In this document: positions 7,093 through 14,843 of the stretch, in pieces
How positions within the stretch are numbered: position 1 is the stretch's first letter
How the letters are laid out: the number at the start of each line of letters is the position of its first letter
Virus record (IMG/VR): IMGVR_UViG_3300037518_000655
Span: 1-36,524 of that record
Length of the DNA stretch: 36,524 bases
Reading direction: 5' to 3' (one strand)
Source: a virus
Taxonomy: Duplodnaviria > Caudoviricetes
Made by a program: the position numbers and the translations under genes
The notes under the pieces: model-generated
Seen by the model: only the letters and a program-made list of their open reading frames with translations
Database searches by the model: none
What the model was told of the DNA's origin: nothing

Positions 7093-7159
7093 TAAGCCGC
7101 TTGGCTGGAAAAAGTCTAGGTAAATCGCCTGGGCTTTTTCTTTTTTGCCAAGCGGCTTA
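7093..7159. terminator. Long stem-loop between convergent genes, probable bidirectional terminator
   Basis: TAAGCCGCTTGGC...GCCAAGCGGCTTA outer stem with inner AAAAAGTCTAGG/CCTGGGCTTTTT stem. Confidence 0.7.
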
Positions 7160-7375
7160 CTCGTTTCCGCCTCCGTGGTTTTGAACCGGCCGCAAAACCT
7201 GTCGCTGCTCGAACTCCTTGACGGATTCTTCGGGGATCATAAGTGGGGAGTTTTTTGCATAAGGGTTTAGCTTGATGGCGCCAGGAAAGCAACCGCTCTT
7301 TATCCATCGAAGTATGGTCCGAGGATCAACATCGAACCGCTTGGCTACCTCGGTCGTCTTGAGATAGCCCTTCAC
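7157..7375 (-). CDS. MerR/excisionase-type winged HTH protein (candidate Xis or repressor)
   Basis: GTG start after AAAGGAG; YLKTTEVAKRFDVDPRTILRWIKSGCFPGAIK...LMIPEESV. Confidence 0.85.
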   Translation of the reverse strand: MKGYLKTTEVAKRFDVDPRTILRWIKSGCFPGAIKLNPYAKNSPLMIPEESVKEFEQRQVLRPVQNHGGGNE

Positions 7376-7458
7376 GCTCGTTACTCCTTTGGTTGATTGT
7401 ACTACAGTCGATATCATCAAAACCCCCTAAAGATTTCGTATCCGTCGTACTTGCCCAA

Positions 7459-7487
7459 AGTGTATCATTGATTATTTAGTTTGTCAA
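7459..7487 (-). promoter_or_regulatory. Leftward sigma70-type promoter
   Basis: Minus strand TTGACA (7487-7482), 17 nt, TACACT (7464-7459). Confidence 0.8.
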
Positions 7488-7502
7488 GACCCAAGTCAGG
7501 TA

Positions 7503-7531
7503 TTGACAAGTGCGACATATTATGATAAACT
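7503..7531 (+). promoter_or_regulatory. Rightward (early) sigma70-type promoter
   Basis: TTGACA (7503-7508), 17 nt, TAAACT (7526-7531). Confidence 0.8.
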
Positions 7532-7582
7532 GGTCTATATACGACAGGTACGACACTTTTATTCACAGAAAGGAGCATCACC

Positions 7583-7780
7583 ATGCACAAATCACGGGCA
7601 TACGCCGAGGAGGTCCTCGACGGAAGCTGGCAGGTCGTCAGCGGGGGCGTCATCGAGCGGCAAGACCTGACGGAGCAGGAAGCGGTCCTGTACGTGAGGG
7701 ACAAAAGAAATCGCCCGGCTGCGCCGGTTTTTGCGGGCCAGGCGCAGCAGGGCGAAGAGAAAATGAGGTCGGCGATATGA
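7583..7780 (+). CDS. Small hypothetical early protein
   Basis: SD AAAGGAG; first gene after the rightward promoter. Confidence 0.75.
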   Translation: MHKSRAYAEEVLDGSWQVVSGGVIERQDLTEQEAVLYVRDKRNRPAAPVFAGQAQQGEEKMRSAI

Positions 7781-7920
7781 TAGCGCAGCTCGTCGGCTTC
7801 GTCAAGTTCGTGATCCTGGGCCAACCGGCCCATTCGACAAACTCAGGCCAGGCGCGCCCGCTCTCCCTTAAGAGAGCGGGCCGGGCGATCTTCGTCAACG
7901 GCGAGGTCTGGGAATTTTAG
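7777..7920 (+). CDS. 47-aa hypothetical protein
   Basis: ATGA coupling to the previous gene; MIAQLVGFVKFVILG... Confidence 0.55.
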   Translation: MIAQLVGFVKFVILGQPAHSTNSGQARPLSLKRAGRAIFVNGEVWEF

Positions 7921-7952
7921 TTTCTAGTTTCTAGTTGTTAGTTTTTAGTTAG
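7918..7952 (+). repeat. TAGTTNN heptamer array (5 units)
   Basis: TAGTTTC TAGTTTC TAGTTGT TAGTTTT TAGTTAG, running from a stop codon to the next SD. Confidence 0.9.
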
Positions 7953-7969
7953 CAGAAAGGATAGTTAGC

Positions 7970-8221
7970 ATGAAGTGTAAATTTTGCGAGAAGCCGGTCT
8001 ATGACGACATCATCCATCCGGGCATGTGCGAGCCCCATGCCGATCTGGCGCTGGTGGTGGCTCACCTGGAGCGCACCAAGGAGCCGGTCACGGTCGAGGC
8101 GGTGCAGTTGGTGCTGGCCACGACCGAGGCCGGGGCGCTGACGTTTACGAAGGACGAGGTACCGGGCATGCTCAAGGACCTGGGATACGGTGAAGGAGCG
8201 GTCAATGGGCGTTCGGGTTGA
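7970..8221 (+). CDS. Hypothetical protein with N-terminal CxxC...CxxH zinc-finger-like motif
   Basis: MKCKFCEKP...GMCEPH; SD AAAGGA. Confidence 0.75.
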   Translation: MKCKFCEKPVYDDIIHPGMCEPHADLALVVAHLERTKEPVTVEAVQLVLATTEAGALTFTKDEVPGMLKDLGYGEGAVNGRSG

Positions 8222-8423
8222 GTTGCAAGACGAGGAGATCGTCCTGATCGTCGAGGCGCTGGACTTCCTGAACGACCACCCGGCCTTCGATGCCTGGGAG
8301 CAAAGCGCGCTGACGACCCTGGCCGAGCGGCTGGCCCGCTGCGTTACGGTCGAGGCATTCAAAGAGGCCAGCCTGGAGATCAAGCAGCGGTATGGGGGCG
8401 GCGATGCGTATCCAGCTGGCTGA
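8205..8423 (+). CDS. Hypothetical protein
   Basis: SD AAGGAG before ATG 8205; overlaps both neighbours. Confidence 0.7.
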   Translation: MGVRVELQDEEIVLIVEALDFLNDHPAFDAWEQSALTTLAERLARCVTVEAFKEASLEIKQRYGGGDAYPAG

Positions 8424-9213
8424 GATCAAGGCGACCCATTCGGCAAGTCCATTCGACAAGCTCAGGATGTACCCAGGGCGGGCCGTTGTCGATCAAACGC
8501 CGGGCGGCATCCTGTTGCCGCCCGGCGTGGCCGAGAAGCTGAACGCGCGGGCGGCCCTGGCCGAAGCCGAGGCGCTGGTCGCGGCGCTGCCGGTGCGCCA
8601 GGGGCCGGACGTGGCCGACCTGCTGGCGGCGGTGGCCAATCTATCCAACCGGGTCGAGCAACTGCAGGGCCAGGTGCGGCGGCAGGAAGCCAGGCTCGCC
8701 GCACCGCCGGCAGCCCAACCCAACCCGGCGGCCGAGCTGCTGGCGCTCGATCCCCTGTTCCTGGACCTGGAAACGACCGGGCTGTCGAAAGCCGACGCCA
8801 TCACCGAGATCGGGCTGATCGACAGCCAGGGCCGGACGCTGCTCTCGACCCTGCTCGACCCGGGGCGACCCATCCCGGAGCGGGCCAGCCAGGTCAGCGG
8901 CATCAGCGACGCGATGGTGGCCGGCGCGCCCAGGTGGGCGCAGGTCAAGCCGCAGTTACGCGCGCTCCTGTGGGGGCGGACGGTGGCCGCCTTCAACGCC
9001 CCCTTCGAGCGCAAGTTTTTGCCCAAGTGGGCCGGGGTGCGCTGGGTGTGTGTTTACGAGCTGGCCAACGCAATGCTGGGCAAGCGGCCTTACGGCGGCG
9101 GCCTGGCGGCGAGGCTGGCCCAGCTCGGCCTGGCCGCGGAGGCGGAGCATACGGCCGTGGGCGATGCGGTTAGTTGCCTGCGGCTGGTTCAGTTTTTAGT
9201 TCGTAGTTTTTAG
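8404..9213 (+). CDS. DEDDh 3'-5' exonuclease (DnaQ/epsilon-like) with N-terminal coiled-coil extension
   Basis: ExoI FLDLETTGL, ExoII AFNAPFE, ExoIII EHTAVGDA. Confidence 0.9.
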   Translation: MRIQLAEIKATHSASPFDKLRMYPGRAVVDQTPGGILLPPGVAEKLNARAALAEAEALVAALPVRQGPDVADLLAAVANLSNRVEQLQGQVRRQEARLAAPPAAQPNPAAELLALDPLFLDLETTGLSKADAITEIGLIDSQGRTLLSTLLDPGRPIPERASQVSGISDAMVAGAPRWAQVKPQLRALLWGRTVAAFNAPFERKFLPKWAGVRWVCVYELANAMLGKRPYGGGLAARLAQLGLAAEAEHTAVGDAVSCLRLVQFLVRSF

Positions 9214-9238
9214 TTGGTAGTTTTTAGTTTTTAGTCGA
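9190..9238 (+). repeat. TAGTNNN heptamer array (7 units)
   Basis: CAGTTTT TAGTTCG TAGTTTT TAGTTGG TAGTTTT TAGTTTT TAGTCGA, directly followed by SD AAGGAG. Confidence 0.9.
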
Positions 9239-9251
9239 AAGGAGTTTCACA

Positions 9252-9869
9252 ATGAGTAGTAAACCTAAAGAGGCGACGTTGACGGATGTACTGAGCGCGG
9301 TGCAAGGGGTCAGCCAGAAGGTAGAGGCGGTGGCCGGTAAGGTCGAGGCGCTGGACAGGCGGGTGACCAGCCTGGAGCAGCCGGCCCTCAAGCCCCGGAG
9401 CGAGACGCCGATCCGGAGCAGCGAGAAGCGGCCCGCGCCAGGCGGCGGGCGGGTCACGATTGAGGATGTCGGAGGCGACGCCGAGAAATATTTCGCCCCG
9501 ATGCTGTGCCGCAAGCTGGCCGTAACCAAGGATAGAAAGCGCGAGGACTGGCGGGTGGATCTGTTTTTGAAGGGACTGCGCCGGCCGGCCTCGCTGATCG
9601 AGTGGCAGTTCGACACAATAGAGGAACTGATCGAGTTCGTGCAGGTGGGCTGGCCGGAGTTCTCGGCCGACCACTTCGATGAGAGGCGCTTCATCGAGCT
9701 AGATGCTGAGTATCAGCAACTCAGGGATGAGAAGGCCTTACCGCCCAAGCCGCCCCGGATCATCTACGGCGACGGGATCAGCTTTATGGTCGAGGCCGTC
9801 AAGACCCGGCGCGATGCCCGAGGCCAGACCTATATCAACGTGGTGGCGATCTACCCCTTTGGCGGGTAG
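9252..9869 (+). CDS. Hypothetical protein with N-terminal coiled coil
   Basis: 205-aa ORF with SD AAGGAG; heptad-like VQGVSQKVEAVAGKVEALDRRVTSLE. Confidence 0.8.
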   Translation: MSSKPKEATLTDVLSAVQGVSQKVEAVAGKVEALDRRVTSLEQPALKPRSETPIRSSEKRPAPGGGRVTIEDVGGDAEKYFAPMLCRKLAVTKDRKREDWRVDLFLKGLRRPASLIEWQFDTIEELIEFVQVGWPEFSADHFDERRFIELDAEYQQLRDEKALPPKPPRIIYGDGISFMVEAVKTRRDARGQTYINVVAIYPFGG

Positions 9870-9878
9870 CCCCACCTG

Positions 9879-9910
9879 CTCCCCAGGGTAAAATTACCCT
9901 GGGGAGTTTT
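9879..9910 (+). terminator. Intrinsic terminator-like hairpin
   Basis: CTCCCCAGGGTAA-AA-TTACCCTGGGGAG-TTTT. Confidence 0.65.
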
Positions 9911-9942
9911 GCATGTCCGCAGGGCGGACGGAAAGGAACGAG

Positions 9943-10935
9943 ATGGACAGTTACCAACCTATCTTTGACCAGGCTTACGCCAGCCTTGATTCCGATGATC
10001 CGGAGATCATTAACGATTACGGGCGGCTGGTCTATGCCCTTGAGGCCGTCTTCAAGGCGGCCGGCTACGGCATCAGCGGCCAGGAGCTGGCCGGGGCGCA
10101 ACACGACCGGATAGTGGGCAGCATCGGCCAGACCGACCTGACCACCATCGCCCGGGCTTACCTGGGCTGGGTCAAGGTGCCGCACGCCCACGACCTGCCC
10201 TACCCCGTCAAACGCATCCTGCAGGGAGAGGTGTCGCCGGGCCTGGACGACCTGGCCCACATCCCCACGATCGCCGCCGAGCAGCGATTCCGCTGGCAGC
10301 TCGTCTTTGAGGGCTGGCTCAAGGCGGGTAAGATCCGGCGCAACACCGGGCGCTACCGGTCCCTGATCACGCAACAGGCGTCCGAGGCCCTGATCCCCTT
10401 CCGCCAGGCGGCGATCACGGCTATCGAGGAGCGCGAGAAAAAGCTCCTGGAGCTACAGGCGGGGGCTGAAGACGATCACGCCAGGGCCGAGGGCCTGGCC
10501 GCCAACCTGCGCCGGACGGCCACAATCGTCGAGGCGTTTTGTATGGTCAGCGCGGCGATTGACGAGCGGGGTAAATCGCTCGACCTGCCGCGCCTGGCCG
10601 AACAGATCGAACGGGCGGTCGAGGTGCGCCGGAAGCTGATCGAGAGTCACCTGGGCCAGCGCTACCGGGTTGACCAGGTCGTTAGCGCCAGCTTCGTGTA
10701 TTACCCGGACCTGGCCGCGCTGTGGGAAAAGGCGCTGGAGTTGGAAGAGGCGGCGGCGCCCAACGCGCCGGTCGAGCTGGAGATCGAAAGCAACTCTATT
10801 TTAGGGCCAGGCTGGACGGATACTTCCGTGGCCATGGTCGAGGAGATGGTCGAGAAGGGGACCGCCCCGCCCCGCCCGATACCTTCGAGCGGCTGCGGCG
10901 AGGGGAGTTCGTTTTCTCGACCCTGGGCACACTGA
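9943..10935 (+). CDS. Hypothetical protein (330 aa)
   Basis: SD AAAGGA before ATG 9943; codon usage like neighbouring genes; no motif recognised. Confidence 0.8.
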   Translation: MDSYQPIFDQAYASLDSDDPEIINDYGRLVYALEAVFKAAGYGISGQELAGAQHDRIVGSIGQTDLTTIARAYLGWVKVPHAHDLPYPVKRILQGEVSPGLDDLAHIPTIAAEQRFRWQLVFEGWLKAGKIRRNTGRYRSLITQQASEALIPFRQAAITAIEEREKKLLELQAGAEDDHARAEGLAANLRRTATIVEAFCMVSAAIDERGKSLDLPRLAEQIERAVEVRRKLIESHLGQRYRVDQVVSASFVYYPDLAALWEKALELEEAAAPNAPVELEIESNSILGPGWTDTSVAMVEEMVEKGTAPPRPIPSSGCGEGSSFSRPWAH

Positions 10936-11014
10936 TCCTTCGCCAAAAACGGAAAGCCGAGGGCTAAATGCCGCATATTATGAAGCAGGTTTTTTAACGA
11001 AAGGAGCACGCAAT

Positions 11015-13123
11015 ATGGAAAGTCAATTTATCGAAATCCCCCTGACCCTTGTCCGGCCCGGCCGCTTTCAGCCGCGCCAGAACTTCGAGGCCGGGCCGCT
11101 TTTAGAGCTGGCCAGTTCGATCCGGGAGCAGGGGCTACTCGACCCGGTGGTGATCTTTTTGAACCAGGCCGGCTTTTACGAGCTGATCGGCGGCGAGCGG
11201 CGCTGGCGGGCCAGCCTGGCCGGCGCTATCGGCCAGGCCAAGGGGGTTGAACTGGCCCAGGCCGTGGAATATGTCGAGGGAACGCAGCCGGCCGGTTATT
11301 GGGAGTTGCTCTTTAAGCAGGAGATCGACCTATCCGGCTACACCATCATGGCCCACCTCCAGCCTGGCTCAGGCGAGGGCGACGAGCAGCTCAAGGCGGT
11401 CGTCCACAACCTGCAGCGCGAGGACCTATCGCGTTTGGAGCAGGCCAGCGCCTTCCAGGGTTTGCGCCAGCAGTACGGCTGGTCGATCCGGGAGGTGGCG
11501 GCCAGGGTGGGTAAGTCCAGGGGCTATGTCGAGGACACGCTGAAGCTCCTGGGTCTGGCCCCGGAGGTAGCCGCGATGCTGGCCGGCGCGCCACCGGCGG
11601 TCGAGGAAGAGGAGGGCGCCGGGGTGGATCTGCGGACCGGACCGCCCGCCGAAGACGCGCCGGCCCCGAAAAAGGCCGAACCCGCGCCGCTCGATCTCTC
11701 CCTGGCCAGGGAGCTGGCCCGCTCGATCCCGAAAGAGATGCAGGCGACCATCGCCGGCTTTGTCCGGACACGGGCGGCTAAGGGCGAGCCGGTGGCCACC
11801 CTGGCCAGGACGATCCGGGATATCGCCCGCTTCATCCAGCCCAACCGGTGGAGCCTGTCGGATGGGGCGATCTACCCGCCCGTCACCTACAACCGCGCCC
11901 GTTTCATCCGCCACCTGCTGAAAACCCTGCCCGGTGAGCAGCTGGCGCAGCGGGTGCTGGGGCTGGTCGCGGTCAACTCGTATGACAGCAACCTGCTTTC
12001 CAGGCAACCCTCGAAGCTGCTGGAAAAGGGCTACGACTACGGCAAGATAGCCCATCAACTCGCCGGCAAGGAGTCGCCCGAGGCGGTCTGGCTCGACCTG
12101 GCCAACGTCGAGGGTTGGACCTGCGGGTACTGCGCCATGGCCCCGCTCGCCAAGGAGATCGCCAAGGTGCGCGACGCCGGGCTGGACGGCTGGATGCCGC
12201 CCTGCGAGCGTCTCAAAGACCCCCAGGTGACGACCTGCGCCGGCTTCGTCGGGCCGGACGATCCACAGATCATCCCGGTGCAGAGCACGATCACGCGCTA
12301 TATCCAGGCGCCAGGCCCGGTCAAGGAGTTGCTCAAGGGGCCGCTGCAGGACGATTCGCGCAGCTACGTCACGACCTGGCAGGAATATATCCACGTCTAC
12401 AACCGGGCCAGGATCGAGCGGGAGCAGCGTGAGGCCCAGGAGCAGGAGGCTAACAAGCTGGCTCACCTGCCGGCCATGCGGGCCTATTGGGAGGCCCAGG
12501 GCGAGGGCTCACTCGCCGGCGAGTCGCTCTTTGACCTGGGCCACTTCCAGGCCCACGCTTGCCGCAAGTGCGCCCGCTTCATCGCGGGCGAGACGACCCA
12601 CGGTGTCCCGTGCGAGCTGGCCGAGCAGCCCCAGGTCAAGCAGGGGACGGCCCTGGCGCCCGACTTCGGGGTGCTGGTGGCCGAGGATGGCCGGGCCGTG
12701 CCGCGCTGCCAGAAGTTCAGCTACCGCCAGACGCCGGCCATCCAGAGGTCGCTTGCGAGCGGCTCGAAGATCGCGGACCGGGAACTGCTGCTGTCGTGGT
12801 ATACGCTCCTGGCCGGCAACCGCTCTAGCTACGGGGCCAGCAAGTTCATCTGGCGGCCGCTGCGCTGGCTGCCGGGCAGCCGCGACCTGGCGGCGCTGTG
12901 GGTCGAGACCAATGATGACGACATCATGCTGACGCTGCTCAACTGCGGCATCCTGGAGGCGCTGGCCGCAGCTAACTACGGCGAGACCAACATCCTGCCC
13001 GATCCGGTTATGGGCGGCGCGGCGAACTGGCGGGTCATGAGGTGGAACTCCTTTACCGGGCGGACCAAGCCCTACGGCTGGGACGAGCGCCCCCTGCCCT
13101 GGGAGAAAAAGCCCAAAGGTTGA
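11015..13123 (+). CDS. ParB/Spo0J-family protein with long Cys-rich C-terminal extension
   Basis: QPRQNF...ELASSIREQGLLDPV...YELIGGERRWRA; NLQREDLSRLEQA; HTH SIREVAARVGKSRGYV. Confidence 0.85.
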   Translation: MESQFIEIPLTLVRPGRFQPRQNFEAGPLLELASSIREQGLLDPVVIFLNQAGFYELIGGERRWRASLAGAIGQAKGVELAQAVEYVEGTQPAGYWELLFKQEIDLSGYTIMAHLQPGSGEGDEQLKAVVHNLQREDLSRLEQASAFQGLRQQYGWSIREVAARVGKSRGYVEDTLKLLGLAPEVAAMLAGAPPAVEEEEGAGVDLRTGPPAEDAPAPKKAEPAPLDLSLARELARSIPKEMQATIAGFVRTRAAKGEPVATLARTIRDIARFIQPNRWSLSDGAIYPPVTYNRARFIRHLLKTLPGEQLAQRVLGLVAVNSYDSNLLSRQPSKLLEKGYDYGKIAHQLAGKESPEAVWLDLANVEGWTCGYCAMAPLAKEIAKVRDAGLDGWMPPCERLKDPQVTTCAGFVGPDDPQIIPVQSTITRYIQAPGPVKELLKGPLQDDSRSYVTTWQEYIHVYNRARIEREQREAQEQEANKLAHLPAMRAYWEAQGEGSLAGESLFDLGHFQAHACRKCARFIAGETTHGVPCELAEQPQVKQGTALAPDFGVLVAEDGRAVPRCQKFSYRQTPAIQRSLASGSKIADRELLLSWYTLLAGNRSSYGASKFIWRPLRWLPGSRDLAALWVETNDDDIMLTLLNCGILEALAAANYGETNILPDPVMGGAANWRVMRWNSFTGRTKPYGWDERPLPWEKKPKG

Positions 13124-13141
13124 CGAATTCTCTCAACATGC

Positions 13142-13170
13142 TTGACACCCTCGAAAATATGTGCTATGTT
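13142..13170 (+). promoter_or_regulatory. Candidate late promoter
   Basis: TTGACA, 17 nt, TATGTT with extended TG. Confidence 0.7.
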
Positions 13171-13184
13171 CATGGCAACTGAAC

Positions 13185-13236
13185 AAGGCGCGATACCAGC
13201 GGGCCGACGGGCTACCTGTATCGCGCCTTTTATTTT
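13185..13236 (+). terminator. Intrinsic terminator just downstream of the late promoter
   Basis: AAGGCGCGATAC...GTATCGCGCCTT followed by TTATTTT. Confidence 0.7.
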
Positions 13237-13292
13237 GTCCAGGGTTCCGGCAGGTCGCGCCGGCCGGAACTCTGATTTAATAAAGGACGGCG

Positions 13293-13709
13293 ATGGACGA
13301 GGATATCGAGCAGCGTTTCAAGTACCTGGAATCGATCCTGAACGAGCTGCGTGACGAGCTGGCCAGGGAGCAGGCGCACCTATTGGCCAAGCTCGACATC
13401 ATTGGTAAATCGATGCAGGAGATCCAGGTCATCATCTTTGGCGAAGAGCGTTATCGCCTGCGGGGTGTCGGCGAGCGGCTAGAGACCCTGGAAAAGACGA
13501 TGACCTCGCTTGACGAACACCTGCGCTCGATCCGGCTGCCGGAGCGGATCGTCACCCTGGAGGGCCAGGTCGAGGCCATCGAGAAAGAGCGGCAGTCGAT
13601 CAAGGACCAGATAGAAGGGGCCTTGCGGGCTATCCGGGTGGCCGTGGCCGTGGCCGGCACCAGCGGCGGCGGGGCGATCCTGTCCTTTATTTACCAATTG
13701 ACCAAGTGA
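13293..13709 (+). CDS. Coiled-coil protein with C-terminal hydrophobic segment (possible holin/XhlA-like)
   Basis: Long heptad region then AIRVAVAVAGTSGGGAILSFIY; SD AAAGGA. Function is inference. Confidence 0.5.
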   Translation: MDEDIEQRFKYLESILNELRDELAREQAHLLAKLDIIGKSMQEIQVIIFGEERYRLRGVGERLETLEKTMTSLDEHLRSIRLPERIVTLEGQVEAIEKERQSIKDQIEGALRAIRVAVAVAGTSGGGAILSFIYQLTK

Positions 13710-13713
13710 GCCT

Positions 13714-13971
13714 ATGCCCGACCAGGAGCTGGTTAAAATCCTGAACGACCTCAAGCGGCGGATCAAGCCGGAGACGACCCAGCGCCAACTGGTGGAGCTG
13801 GTGCGCGTCCGGCTGGCGACGACCGCCTCGATCATCGCCTACGCGCTGGCTCTCTGGCCGTCCCTGGGCGACGAGGACCGGCTCTATTATTTGCAACAGA
13901 TCCGGGAACAGATCAATACCCAGGTCATGACGATGGAAGCCCGGACGCTTTACCCAAAGAACGGCGAGTGA
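13714..13971 (+). CDS. Hypothetical protein
   Basis: 85-aa ORF tightly packed in the operon. Confidence 0.7.
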   Translation: MPDQELVKILNDLKRRIKPETTQRQLVELVRVRLATTASIIAYALALWPSLGDEDRLYYLQQIREQINTQVMTMEARTLYPKNGE

Positions 13972-13972
13972 G

Positions 13973-14317
13973 ATGGCCTCATCGAACCCCCATATTCCCC
14001 AGGTCAAAAACGGCAAACTCTACCGCCACGACGGCGCGGTCATTTGCGGCGTCGGAGCGCGCACCGGCTGGCATGACTGGCTGGCCGACCCGCGCAACAA
14101 GAGTTTTGCCTTTGTGGCGGCCAGCGGGGCGCACTGCACGGTGGTCAAGGAGAAGCGGACCGGCGGCAGCGGCCAGGCCCACTTTTACTGGTTTGCCTAC
14201 CGCTCCATCGCCGGCAAAAAGAAGCGGGTCTCACTGGGGAAGTCGCACGCCGTGACGCTCCAGAAGCTGGAGCGGGCCGCGTTCAAGTTGGCCCAATTGG
14301 AATTGAATATGGCCTGA
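13973..14317 (+). CDS. Small basic putative nucleic-acid-binding protein
   Basis: W..WL....SFAF....G..TV.KE.R......YWFAYR...GK.KR.SLG resembles the N-terminal domain of Chloroflexota MalT/LuxR-type regulators. Confidence 0.6.
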   Translation: MASSNPHIPQVKNGKLYRHDGAVICGVGARTGWHDWLADPRNKSFAFVAASGAHCTVVKEKRTGGSGQAHFYWFAYRSIAGKKKRVSLGKSHAVTLQKLERAAFKLAQLELNMA

Positions 14318-14390
14318 CCAGTCCCAAGCGTCAGCGATATGTTTGGGACTGGCCGGGTAGCCGGCCGGGCCGGAAAGGTGTAAAGGTTTT

Positions 14391-14843
14391 GTGGCGAGCG
14401 AGGATATCGAGCGACTGGCGGCCAGGGGAGGCTGGCTGGACACCTACCGGGATATCCGGGCGGCGGGGGTTAAGATCGGCCCCAACCAGGCGGCCTTTGC
14501 GGCCTGGATGGCCCTGGGGAAAAAGGAGCGCCAGCCGCAGACCAAGGCGGAGCTGGCCCAGGAGCTGGGCTACGCATCAGAGCAGGTCTTTTACCGCTGG
14601 CAGCGCAAGAGCTGGTACCGCGAGCTGGTGCGGGCGGTGCGGGCCGCCCGGATCGTCGAACTACAGCAGAAGGCCGACGAGCGGCTGGATGGCCTGCTGG
14701 ACAGTTCGGACGAACAGATCGCGGTCCGGGCCATTAAGTTAGTTTATGACGAGGCGCGCCACCAGGAGAGCCTGGTGGTCGAGAGCGACCTCGAACGGGA
14801 GTGGTGGGATGCAGCCGGTAGCAGCGGCGACGAAACAGAATAG
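14391..14843 (+). CDS. terS: Probable terminase small subunit (HTH)
   Basis: PQTKAELAQELGYASEQVFYRW helix-turn-helix; overlaps the terL start. Confidence 0.7.
   Translation: MASEDIERLAARGGWLDTYRDIRAAGVKIGPNQAAFAAWMALGKKERQPQTKAELAQELGYASEQVFYRWQRKSWYRELVRAVRAARIVELQQKADERLDGLLDSSDEQIAVRAIKLVYDEARHQESLVVESDLEREWWDAAGSSGDETE

Noticed and set aside
7918-9238. CRISPR array or telomere-like repeat reading of the heptamer tracts
   Set aside because: Units are 7 nt with no unique spacers, no cas genes were seen, and the tracts are internal.
10925-10992. c-di-GMP-I (GEMM) riboswitch-like words GGCACAC...ACGGAAAGCC...GGCTAA before the ParB gene
   Set aside because: The P2 stem with its GNRA tetraloop cannot be formed. 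An Infernal search with RF01051 would settle it.
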